Source: Macrostomum lignano
Taxonomy: Eukaryota
DNA: 64,000 nucleotides
Assembly (NCBI GenBank): GCA_002269645.1
Contig: NIVC01001722.1
Span: 1-64,000 of the forward strand
Direction of reading: 5' to 3'
Position numbers and translations under genes: made by a program. The notes below the pieces were generated by a model. The model was given only the letters and a program-made list of their open reading frames with translations, did not search any database and was not told where the DNA came from. Shown one piece after another: positions 45,901-57,249 of the stretch; within the stretch, counting starts at the first letter, position 1; each line of letters starts with the position of its first letter.

Positions 45901-48900
45901 TAGTGAAGAGTTGATAGATCAGACAGGTGTGTGTAGTGAAGAGTTGATAGATCAGACAGGTGTGTGTAGTGAAGAGTTGATAGATCAGACAGGTATTTAG
46001 TGAAGAGTTGATAGATCAGACAGGTGTGTGTAGTGAAGAGTTGATAGATCAGACAGGTGTGTGTGTAGTGAAGAGTTGATAGATCAGACAGGTATTTAGT
46101 GAAGAGTTGATAGATCAGACAGGTGTGTGTAGTGAAGAGTTGATAGATCAGACAGGTGTGTGTGTAGTGAAGAGTTGATAGATCAGACAGGTGTGTGTAG
46201 TGAAGAGTTAATAGATCAGACAGGTGTGTGTAGTGAAGAGTTGATAGATCAGACAGGTGTGTGTAGTGAAGAGTTGGTAGATCAGACAGGTGTGTGTAGT
46301 GAAGAGTTGATAGATCAGACACGTGTTTGTAGTGAAGAGTTGATAGATCAGACAGGTGTGTATAGTGAAGAGTTGATAAGGCAGGTGTGTGTAGTGAAGA
46401 GTTGATTAGTTTATCATTAACATAATAATTTAGTTAGTATAATTAAACAAAGTGAGCTGTTTTGGCCAGCAAATATTCACGATTATATAAAGAGACTTCC
46501 ACAAAATCATTTTATGACTAATAATCGTGTGGAAAAATACTTCAGTAGTTTTAGCCCTGTCGCTGCACTTTCGGAGTTTCTAGCAATTTTAGCTACTGAG
46601 AGTAGAGTAGCTTGAAAAAAGCGATAAAAAAGGAAGACAAATGAAATGAAAATGTTGAACTTTGCTTAGGGGTAATGTTTGGTTAAATAAGTTGACCACA
46701 GACAGGCAAACATATTTTAAAGCACAAAAATAAAATAATAATATTTGAAAGTAAAAACTCAAAAATTATTCGAACACAATAGCAATTGAAACTAAGGCTG
46801 CGTGCTGTGATTTTCACGAAAATTTACATACACAGGAGACTGAGCATTCAGCAGCTAATTAGTACTGTATGGGATTTTACTGTCTCAATAATGCAATAAA
46901 TGCTGAGCAGGGTGCGCTCGTAATGTTAGATAATTAGTAATATCCGTACCTGGTCCCGCTTTTGATTCCGGGGAACCAACTTTGAACTGAACAGCTATAA
47001 ATATAATGAGGGCAAAACAGCAAATTTATCAGAATGCACAGGTTTAAACAGACTGGTAAGTTGAGCGAATTTGTGTAGCTTAAAATTCGGTAAGATCTAC
47101 TTAGAGTAGTACACAACAACTCAAAAAAGTAAAAAAAGATACACATACACAAGTTAAGACTGCAAAATGAAGCACGAACAAAAGTTTGCACTAATTCAAA
47201 TTCAAAATGGCACTCAAGTATTACTCACAAATTCAAAATGGCACTCAAATATTACTCACAAATCAAAATGGCACTCAAATATTACTCACAAATCAAAATG
47301 GCACTCAAGTATTACTCACAAATTCAAAATGGCACTCAAGTATTACTCACAAATCAAAATGGCACTCAAGTATTACTCACAAATTCAAAATGGCACTCAA
47401 GTATTACTCACAAATCAAAATGGCACTCAAATATTACTCACAAATCAAAATGGCACTCAAGTATTACTCACAAATCAAAATGGCACTCAAATATTACTCA
47501 CAAATCAAAATGGCACTCAAATATTACTCACAAATCAAAATGGCACTCAAATATTACTCACAAATCAAAATGGCACTCAAGTATTACTCACAAATCAAAA
47601 TGGCACTCAAATATTACTCACAAATCATAATGGCACTCAAATATTACTCACAAATCAAAATGGCACTCAAATATTACTCACAAATCAAAATGGCACTCAA
47701 GTATTACTCACAAATCAAAATGGCACTCAAATATTACTCACAAATCAAAACGGCACTCAAATATTACTCACAAATCAAAATGGCACACAAATATTACTCA
47801 CAAATAAAAAAGGCACACAAAGAATGGTCACAAATTAAAAAATGGCAGACAAATAATGGTCAGTTTGTTCAAAATGGCACACACAACTGGCAGAAATTCG
47901 AACTTAAATACCAATCGAAGAATTCGCAAAAGTTTGATGCGACAAATAAATTTTCGTCGCTCACCTTCCTCGTCGCCGAACGGTTCGCCTTCGCCCTCGC
48001 CGTCGGCGTCAGCGGCCGAGAGGCTGGACAGGGCCAGCTCTAGAGCGGCGGCGCTGCTCAGTACGACGGATTTTTTACGAGCGCTAACGCTGCCAGCTCG
48101 GAAGCGCATGGCAATTGCGGCGGCGTCGGCGGCAGTGGCAGAGGCGCCGGAGCCCAGGCGTGTGCGGCCGCGTCGCCGGCCTTCGACGGCGGCCTTGGCC
48201 TTGGCCAGCTCGTCGTCTGCGTTTTGCGGCGTGGGGAAGATAAAATAGTTGAAAGATTTTGTTCAAAACTTGCTTAAAAAACTCCATGCATATCCTAAGT
48301 AGTCTACTTTCGATGCCAGTGAGTAGCATCTAAAGCTTTTAATACGGAGGATTAAAGTTAATGTTTTTAGCAAACGATACTGCAGTTAAAATTGAATGCC
48401 ATTAAAAGCAGACAGGCAGCACGTAGCAGCACTCACCGCCCTGTCCTTTATCCAAAAAAGTCATGTTGGTGACGCAGCTGGTGTCAACAAAGTCTGCCAG
48501 TTTTCCGAGCGTGACCCTGAGCAGTTGGTACAGGGTATTGAATGCACTGATCTGTATAATTGTTTAATAAATCAAAAAGTCTAATTGCGTAGAAAATAGA
48601 TTATACGATTTGGGATGAGATGAGATTTTATGTCTGGGATATCTGAAAAGAGCTTTTTATACCTAGAAGGAGATTTTGATATCAAGAATGAGATTTTGAT
48701 ATCTAAGATGAAATTTTTATATCTAGCATGAGATTTTGACACAAAGAAAGAGATTTTGATATCTAGTATGAGATTTTGGTATCTAGGATGAGATTTAGAT
48801 ATTTAGAATCAGAGTTAGAATAAGAGATTTTGATATCTAGCATGAGATTTTTATATCTAGTATGAGATTTTAATATCTAGGATGAGATTTTGATATCTAG

Positions 48901-51900
48901 GATGGGATTTTGATATCTAAGATGAGATTTTGATGTCTAGGATGAGATTTTGATTTTTAGAATGATATTTTGACATCTAGAATGAGATTTTGATATCTAG
49001 TATGAGATTTTGATGTGTAGCCTGAGATTTTGACATAAAGTAAGAGATTTTGATATCTAGAATGAGATTTCTAATTCTTATTTTGACAATGAAAAATACC
49101 TGGTGCCATTGATGTAGCCGCTCTGCAGCTTCTTAATAGTGGTGTACAGCGAAGGTGCCTGCTCGCTGGAGTCCGCATTGAAGTACCAGTGGTACACAGG
49201 TATGATGAACAGCGGCCGGCCAACAGCCGACCAGGTGCGCCGCAGGAAGGCCACATCAGTGCGCAGCATGTCTAACAGGAAGTCCAAGTCCAGGCTCAGG
49301 TAGAACGAATGATGATCGAGGAACTGCGGAGTGAAGGCCACGGTGCGCTGGCCAACAATGTACAGCTTGCTGGTGGCCAGGATGCCGACCTCGCTGGACT
49401 GGCGGCCGCTGAGGCCCAGCTGGTGGCACTTGCCCAGGTGCCGATAGAAATGACTCAACACCTTGGCCGGGAACACCCGGATCTTGGTTTCCTTGTACAT
49501 CTCGGCAAAGTCTTGCACCTGCTTCAGTCCGAATTGGGTCTCCAGGGTGCGACGGATTTTGGCGTCTTCGGCAACCACCACAACCTGAAATTGGATCGCT
49601 TCATCAATCAGATTTCTACCTTTCTGACGCGGGGGAGATTTGGTTATCGAGAGAGGTGACAAGAAATTACAGACTCTAGGGAAGAGAGATTACAGATCCT
49701 CGGGAAGAGATTACAGATTCTAGGAAAGAGAGATGACAGATTCTAGGGAAGAGAGATTACAGATCCTAGGGAAGAGAGATTACAGATCCTAGGGAAGAGA
49801 GATTACAGATCTTAGGGAAGAGATTACAGATTCTAGGGAAGAGAGATTACAGATCCTAGGGAAGAGAGATTACAGATCTTAGGGAAGAGAGATTACAGAT
49901 CCTAGGGAAGAGAGATTACAGATCCTAGGAAAGAGAGATTACAGATTCTAGGGAAGAGAGATTACAGATCCTAGGGAAGAGAGATTACAGATTCTAGGGA
50001 AGAGAGATTACAGATCCTAGGGAAGAGATTACAGATACAGAGGGCATACGTCATGGATAGGATGGGGGAACACAGAATAGAGAGCAGCTGAGTAGCAACC
50101 CACCTGCACCACCAAGTCGGGCTTAGCCTCGAGTCCCAGGCGCCTCCCGATGGGGTCAATCTCTTGCGGCCGAAGGAATTTGTCGCGCAACAGCTGGCAG
50201 ATGACGTACAACGATTGAGTCCACAGGTGCGGCAGCGCACCAACCGGGTGGCGATCCTGGCTACCCGGAGCGGCCCGCTCTGCTGCAACCAGGTGCCCGG
50301 GCACGCTGTAGGACTCGGGCATCTGCGGCAGTCCGTCAGAGTTCAGCAGAGCCAGCCGGTCCAGCAGGCGGGCGAAGCGGTCCGCCCGCTCGTCAGAGTC
50401 GGCGAACTGCGCGTCCAGCAGCTGGTAGCAGAGGAACAGGGGCCACTCGCACTCGATATTCTCGAACTGGCGCAGCTCCCAGGGCTCGTAATAGAGCCGG
50501 TTAGGGTCCTCAACGGCTGTGCGGTAGCCGTCGCGCAGGAAGCGCCGGTAGCCGTACCTGGGGTGGGATTTCCGGTGGATGATTATAAAGGGATTAGCGA
50601 GGTTGTGACTCGGAAAGGAAGGTTAAAAGCAATTTTAAAACTAACTAGGAATAGAATTTTATTGAATCAGTTGGGAAATGGTTGGGATAAAGAACAGGAT
50701 GGATGGAATGGGGAACAGAATGGATTGGATGGGGAAAAGGATGGGGAATAGGATGGATTGGATGGGGAACAGGATGGATGGGATGAGGAACAGGATGGAT
50801 GTGATGGGGAACAGGATGGGATGGGGAACAGGATGGGATGGGGAACAGGATGGGATGGGGAACAGGATGGATGGGATGAGGAACAGGATGGATGTGATGG
50901 GGGAGCAGGATGGGATGGGGAACAGGATGGATGGGATGGGGGAGCAGGATGGGATGGGGAACAGGATGGATGGGATGGGGGAACAGGATGAATGGGATGG
51001 GCAACAGGATGGGGTGGGGAACAGGATGGGGTGGGGAAAAGGATGGGAACAGGATGGATGGGATGGGGGAGCAGGATGGGATGGGGAACAGGATGGATGG
51101 GATGGGGAACAGGATGGATGGGATGGGGGAGCAGGATGGGATGGGGAACAGGATGGATGGGATGGGGGAACAGGATGAATGGGATGGGGAACAGGATGGG
51201 GTGGGGAACAGGATGGATGGGACGGGGAACAGGATGGATGGGGTGGGGAGCAGGATGGATGGGATGGGGAACAGGATGGATGGGATGGGGAACAGGATGG
51301 ATGGGGTGGGGAGCAGGATGGATGGGATGGGGAACAGGATGGATGGGGAACAGGATGGATGGGGTGGGGAGCAGGATGGGATGGGGAACAGGATGGATGG
51401 GTGAGGAGCAGGATGGGATGGGGAACAGGATGGATGGGTGAGGAGCAGGATGGATGGGGAACAGGATGGATGGGATGGGGAACAGGATGGATGGGGAACA
51501 GGATGGATGGGGAACAGGATGGATGGGGAACAGGATGGATGGGGTGGGGAGCAGGATGGGATGGGGAACAGGATGGATGGGTGAGGAGCAGGATGGGATG
51601 GGGAACAGGATGGATGGGTGAGGAGCAGGATGGGATGGGGAACAGGATGGATGGGATGGGGAACAGGATGGATGGGGAACAGGATGGATGGGGAACAGGA
51701 TGGATGGGGAACAGGATGGATGGGGTGGGGAGCAGGATGGGATGGGGAACAGGATGGATGGGTGAGGAGCAGGATGGGATGGGGAACAGGATGGATGGGG
51801 AACAGGATGGATGGGGTGGGGAGCAGGATGGGATGGGGAACAGGATGGATGGGTGAGGAGCAGGATGGGATGGGGAACAGGATGGATGGGGAACAGGATG

Positions 51901-54900
51901 GATGGGATTGGGAACAGGATGGATGGGGTGGGGAGCAGGATGGGATGGGGAACAGGATGGATGGGATGGGGAACAGGATGGATGGGGTGGGGAGCAGGAT
52001 GGGATTGGGAACAGGATGGATGGGTGGGGAGCAGGATGGGATGGGGAACATACATGCGCAACAGTCGGCCGAGTCGGCCGATCCGGCCGACCGATTTGGC
52101 GGCCAACCAAGGAAGTTGCAAAAATGCCTACCTGAATAAAAACCCAAGTAGTAGTACTAAGTAGCTGACGAGGCATTTTGGCTCAATAAGACAGTTATAG
52201 TTACTCCTGCCGTTTACCCAAAGTTGCGTTAATTTTGCTTTAGGGTTCTTTTACATGTAAGTCGCATTTTTGGCCAAAAACTACGTCGCATTTTTGTTAA
52301 AACTAAGTCGCACGGCCGACCAAATTTTGGGGGTTGCGCATGTATGATGGGGAACAGGATGGATGGGGAACAGGATGGGGAACAGGGTACACTGATAGGA
52401 CACACTATACGAGTGAGATAGAGTGAGGAATGGGATGGAGAGTAGCAGTACAGTAAAAGTACGATTCCCCCTAACACTGAACAAAAACAAGATCCTAGCG
52501 CTAATTAGTCAGGCGCTTGATGCTCTCACCTGCCCTGCAGCATGCTGTCAATGCAATTCCTAGTGCTGGCAACCAGCTCTTCCCTATCCACAGCGAATGC
52601 CGGATAGCCAATAACAGCCAGCAGGCCAGCGTCAGTCTCCTTGGAGCAGCTCTCCCTCGGCAGCATGGTGTCCAGCACGGCCGCGCAGTTCTGCGAGTCG
52701 TCAGCCATCACGTGGATAAACGATCGACAGCCGCCCGAGCTGCCGTACAGGTCGAGCTCGGACAGCGCCTCCAGAGCCGCCTTGGTCATGCCTATAGAGG
52801 TGGAGTTGAGCTCCGGCTGGCCATTGTTAGTCTTGTCGCCTCGTTCCCACACGCCGTAGTCGCAGGTCATATAGGCCGCGTCAAGGTAGAACACAAGATT
52901 CTGTACGAATGCAGTCTCTTCGGCTGTGTAAACAAGCACCAAGCCTGAGGCGGTCATCTGTGCCAGGGCTAGCAGGTACAGGGCGACAGCGTCGAACTGC
53001 AGGTGGCCATAGTTGGAATCGCCAGTGACTGGCGACAGGCTGCTGGCTGAGAACTTGCAGTGCAGCGCGTCCAGTGGCTGCCTGGTGTGCTTGAACCGCT
53101 CCACCTGCGCAGTGGGTTTGTGCTGGGCATCGTTAATAACAAAGCCCAAAGGCATTTGCGGTAAAATGGAAAAAATCTGTTAGATTTAAAGTTTAGGTCT
53201 CGTGAAGTTTAGGTCTAGTGAAGTTTAGGTCTTGTCAAGTTTAGGTCCTGTCAAGTTTAGGTCTTGTCAAGTTTAGGTCTTGTCAAGTTTAGGTCTTGTA
53301 AACTTTAGGTCTTGTGAAGTTTAGGTCTCGTGGAGTTTAGGTCTTGTCAAGTTTAGGTCTTGTGAAGTTTAACTCTTGTGAAATTTAGTTCTTGCGCAGT
53401 TTAGGTGTCGTGAAGTTTAGGTCTTGTAAACTTTAAGTCTCGTGAAGTTTAGGTCTCGTGGAGTTTAGGTCTTGTAAAGTTTAGGTGTTGTGAAGTTTAT
53501 TTCTTGTCAAGTTTAGGTCTCGTAAAGTTTTGGTCTTGTGAAGTTTAGGTCTTGTGAAGTTTGGGTCTTGCGCAGTTTAGGTCTCGTGAAGTTTAGGTCT
53601 CGTGGAGTTTAGGTCTTGTCAAGTTTAGGTCTTGTGAAGTTAGGTCTTGTGAAGTTTAACTCTTGTGAAATTTAGTTCTTGCGCAGTTTAGGTCTCGTGA
53701 AGTTTAGGTCTTGTCAAGTTTAGGTCTCGTGAAGTTTAGGTCTCGTGAAATATAGTTATTGTGAATTCTAGGTCTTGTGAAGTATAGTTCTTGTGAAGTT
53801 TAAGTCTCGTGAAGTTTAGGTTTTGTGAAAGCGCCCCCTCCCTGAATCCATCTGAACGCGCGAGGAATCGAACCCGAGACCGTTTGCTCGAGAGAGAGAG
53901 AGACACTTCACCAAAGCATCAAGGTAAGACAGCCGCTAACGGGAGCGCGTGAAATTTACAAAGAAGCCAGCAATAATTAATAGATATTTAGTGTCTGTGA
54001 ATTCTAATTTAAACACATTCATCACCTTATCAGCCTGACGCATCATACAGGCCAGCAGGCTCCGCATGCACTTGATAGTCCGACCTTCGAGGTCTCGCAG
54101 CCTAGCCCTATCCTGGTCCTCTTCGGCCACCTTTTTGAAGGCCAAAGCCAGCGCCCAGGTGCACATGGCAGCGTAGGTGTTGTCCCGGATGTAGGCATGA
54201 TCGCTGCTGGGCGTAGATGGTATCAATCCCGTGATGTCATTCTGCCTGGCCAGCACAGTCTTCAGCACCAGGCTGTGGTAATAGTCCAAGTTCTTTCTGG
54301 CTCTGGCGACGACTGAAGGTGTACAAGTGGCCAGTGCAAACTTATTCAATGCTGAGCAAGAGCATGTATTAGCCTTGTAGCATATGCCAGGGGGGAACCT
54401 AGGGCTTAGAGTGTCAGACTCACAACTTGAAGGTCGGGGGGGGGGGGGTTCGATTCCCAATCCCATAGGACCAACTTGTGTCCATGAGCAAGACACTTAA
54501 CTCTGCATTGCTTCAGTTCACCTAGCTGTGAAATGGGTGCCGCCAGCATTAGCTGGGGTTATTGAGGGTGTGTTGTGACCCCCCAGTCCATGGACTGAAC
54601 CACAAATACTAGAATAACCAGATGGGCCACTCAGGCATATAAACTTAGTAAATCAGCTTTCTACTTTCAGTTCAGTAGCAAAGAAGAATACATAAGCTAT
54701 TTATAAAATAAAGTCAGCTGAAATGACTTTGATAAGTTTAGAAGCCCAAGCTTGCAGGCGTAAACAACTTGCTAATTTGTTCAGTAATAATGTACATTAG
54801 CCAGTCCACTGAAATGTACATGGCAACTTTAGGCTGGAATTCCGAGGAAGGCAATAAAAATTGGGGCAGGGTAGGGGGGCAGTGTAGAAAGGCACAGTTT

Positions 54901-57249
54901 AAGGTTTTAAACTGGGAGGCCCATGAGGGTGGTAAGAGCCAATAAATGAGACTTGTCTTTAAAAATACATTAAAATGGTTTAGTTTAACACACTACTAAG
55001 CTGAAAGTAGCTTACAAGTAGCTCAAATGTGCTGAGTGGCCCATCTAGTTATTCTAGTATCTGTGGACTGAATAGCCATATGTAGCCTTCAGATATCCCA
55101 CACAATATAGCTATGGCTGAGCTTTTTCAATTTTTTTATTGCTTATATCAGCTAATTATCAGTTTTCATCAAAAATACTTGACTATTTAGCATGATCCCA
55201 TTTAAATCTTTTCATATTTCTAAATTAATTGTTTTATGCACTTAATTAAAATGAATTCCTAATTCATTATATATTACTATTGTCTATAACTATTGCAAAT
55301 AGGCAAAGATAAATTGCCATTTTAGACATAGATAAGCAAAGACTAGTAAATTAATTTCTTAGAAACAGTTAGAAACTTGAGTTCTTGACTTAAGAATCAT
55401 TGTTTAAGCAGAATAGTCATATTTAAGCTTTAAAGTATAATAAATAATTAGAAATTGTCCTGTCACTAAGCATAGCAATGATATGATTAATACCTTTATT
55501 GAATTTATTGTTGATATATCTATTGCCATGCTAAATTACATATAGCAGTTTCTTATGGTCATGACAAAAAAAATTTATGACTATATTTACAATTACATGT
55601 CTTTTTTGTTTTTTTTAATATCATATCATTTTTTCATGTCTTTTTCTAGCTTCATTTCTTTATCTTTATCTTTTATTTACATATATGTCTAATCTTCCTG
55701 GTTTATATTAGCTGTGCTTACTTACTTCCTGACTTATCTAATATAATTTTGGGTAAATGGTATGAGTAGGCCTAGCTATAACTATATTGTTAAGACTAAA
55801 TGCCTTGTCATCTAATTAGTACTAATTAGTATCTATAGTCAAGACTAGAGGTAATTAAACAAAGATAATTTATTGCATATATTATAGACTATTAGAGTCT
55901 ATACTCTACTCTAAAAAAACATTATTTATGCCAGTGCCAGCATGCATTTGGCTTGGTTGATGAGCATTCTATGCAGTAGGTTCTAGCATATTTTCTAGCA
56001 AGCACTCAAGATGATCCTATGGAGTATAGACAATAATACTTATAATACTCTAGCTATATACTTTACATCATTGAATATAATCATTTTCTAGTTATTTTTA
56101 GAGTAATTTTGTTGTTTGCTAATGTTTAATAGGGCCTAGTTGATTACAAAACAAATGGTTTTTAAAAAGTTTATTGACCAACTTTTTATTTTTAATTAAA
56201 ATAAAAAACTGCACAGTATATTAACTTATATATAGTTGACAATACAATTATTTGTTTTTGTTGGTTATGGATATCTTGGCAAAATATAATACATGCCAAT
56301 TTTAATTTACAAAAGTATAAAGTTTTAAAATCAAATTTATTGCATCGTTCTTTCGAAAAAAAAGTATTCACTTTTTATTACTTGCAGTTGAAAAGGCTCT
56401 ACTTATTATACTATATGTTTACAATTTATTAAAGGACTAAAAAATTAAATTAAAAAAAATTTAAATGTCACCCGGCTGACCGGCTGATTTTTCAAGCTTA
56501 AATCTGTGGCTCAGAGTCTACGTATTGCTTAATCGAACCCTAAACAAATTCTATAAACAGGATTCTACTTTAAAAGTATTCTTAGGAACTAAACACAAAA
56601 CTATGGTATATACATGGTATTCCACTGAATTATCTCTGCATGACTTTGTTAAAATAAAAAACATTAAAGTGCAATGATGGTGATTCTTTGCTGTTACGAA
56701 ATTGTGTATTATAACGTTATATCAATTTATATTAACTCATTGTGCACAAAATAAAAAAACTTGCATGCTTAATCAAGAAATCCGTCGTTACTTTCTTCTG
56801 TTTTACTATGATATCAAACAAAAATTTTGTTGTGTTAGGAATAGTATGCTTGCTGCATACTCTACTTTTACTGTGTCATAAAGTAAAATGTAATTCTGTT
56901 GTTGGCATTCTGTTGTGGCTCCGGCTTTTTATGATGATCCCCTGATGATTTTTTACGGCCTAGGATTAACTTATACCAATTACAGCCTAATTTTGCTGAA
57001 TAAACTTTGTAGCGCAAAAATGTTTGCACTGATCGAGTCTGAGGATGATCGACCAATTTTGGATGGAGTAGTTAGAAATGCAGTACCTATATTTGAATGT
57101 ACAAATATTTGGGCAAGTACGGAGTTAGTTTCTAAAGACGCCTTGGAACATTGACAGAATAGTGCAGTGGATTTTCTTCATGTGCTTCAATAGCTGCTGG
57201 AGCTCTGCTTGTCCAACAATTCTGACACTTACGAACCCGCGTATTGCAT
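36981..57249 (-). CDS. PHKA: Phosphorylase kinase regulatory subunit alpha (about 14 exons)
   Basis: Exons: 57249-57233 (tentative, MQYAGS), 54302-54026, 53104-52530, 50557-50104, 49584-49100, 48516-48437, 48216-47965, 45211-45089, 42312-42105, 41663-41462, 40089-39834, 39526-39428, 38999-38974, 37724-36981; all GT-AG and phase-compatible. Motifs: [71 protein letters not shown]; C-terminal CaaX CPVQ as in alpha subunits. Confidence 0.92.
37850..38230 (+). mobile_element. Decayed 3' fragment of an RTE-clade LINE in the last PHKA intron
   Basis: Broken frames give [21 protein letters not shown] and [31 protein letters not shown], matching the RTE RT C-terminal pattern LLYG.E.W / AFE / RKL.Y.GH..R / G.R.RGRP. 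Confidence 0.6.
39655..39825. repeat. 12-14-bp tandem repeat in a PHKA intron
   Basis: Unit tgtagctgccc(c)(ct). Confidence 0.9.
40144..41350. repeat. 29-bp minisatellite, ~41 copies, each carrying a tRNA B-box on the minus strand
   Basis: Unit gattcgaacccctgaccctacgagtataa; reverse complement contains ggtcaggGGTTCGAATC. Confidence 0.95.
42343..43071. repeat. 32-36-bp minisatellite, ~20 copies
   Basis: Unit gactgactgcagctgactgactcactgctcaccatt. Confidence 0.95.
43305..44918. repeat. 21-bp minisatellite, ~77 highly homogeneous copies
   Basis: Unit gtgtacttccaatctgatcta. Confidence 0.98.
45441..46405. repeat. 31-35-bp minisatellite, ~29 copies
   Basis: Unit gtgaagagttgatagatcagacaggtgtgtgta. 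Confidence 0.95.
47200..47830. repeat. 30-bp minisatellite, ~21 copies
   Basis: Unit atggcactcaa(a/g)tattactcacaaatcaaa. Confidence 0.95.
48660..49070. repeat. Degenerate 20-bp minisatellite, ~20 copies
   Basis: Unit atgagattttgatatctag(g/a/t/c). Confidence 0.9.
49660..50035. repeat. 21-23-bp minisatellite, ~16 copies
   Basis: Unit gggaagagagattacagat(c/t)cta. Confidence 0.93.
50695..52048. repeat. Purine-rich, G-run-rich complex minisatellite
   Basis: Variable units built from ggatg, ggatgggg and aacaggat/agcaggat; continues briefly at 52347-52386. Confidence 0.95.
52049..52346. mobile_element. 298-bp hAT-type MITE inserted in the G-rich minisatellite
   Basis: 14-bp perfect TIR catacatgcgcaac / gttgcgcatgtatg; 8-bp TSD atggggaa on both sides. 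Confidence 0.8.
53185..53830. repeat. 16-bp minisatellite, ~40 copies
   Basis: Unit aagtttaggtcttgtg and variants. Confidence 0.93.
53835..53915 (-). mobile_element. tRNA-derived SINE head fragment
   Basis: Minus strand tggtgaagtgtc...ggtctcgGGTTCGATTCCtcgcgc (A/B-box-like); no full cloverleaf. Confidence 0.4.
54390..55125 (+). mobile_element. Second CORE-type SINE copy, interrupted by a MITE
   Basis: ggttcgattccc B box and the same core as 4800-5116; after 55065 the SINE body resumes (gactgaatagccatatgtagcc...ggctgagct). Confidence 0.75.
54601..55065. mobile_element. 465-bp hAT-type MITE
   Basis: ~34-bp TIRs cacaaatactagaataaccagatgggccactcag / ctgagtggcccatctagttattctagtatctgtg; 8-bp TSD gactgaac/gactgaat. 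Confidence 0.8.

Noticed and set aside
40144-47830. CRISPR-like arrays (29-36 bp repeats)
   Set aside because: Units are directly adjacent with no unique spacers, there are no cas genes, and the context is eukaryotic.
42461-52176. Repeat-derived ORFs ([29 protein letters not shown], the 484-505 aa Pro/His/Ser ORFs)
   Set aside because: They lie within PHKA introns defined by phase-compatible GT-AG junctions and simply mirror minisatellite periodicity.
52530-54302. Horizontally acquired glucoamylase-like enzyme
   Set aside because: The glycoside hydrolase 15-like fold is the known N-terminal domain of phosphorylase kinase alpha and beta subunits, and the exons splice into the rest of PHKA.
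53835-54450. Functional tRNA genes (also 5030-5116 and the 29-bp array)
   Set aside because: Only A/B-box or T-arm similarity; no complete cloverleaf or acceptor stem. The SINE heads run into SINE bodies and the array units are only tandem fragments.
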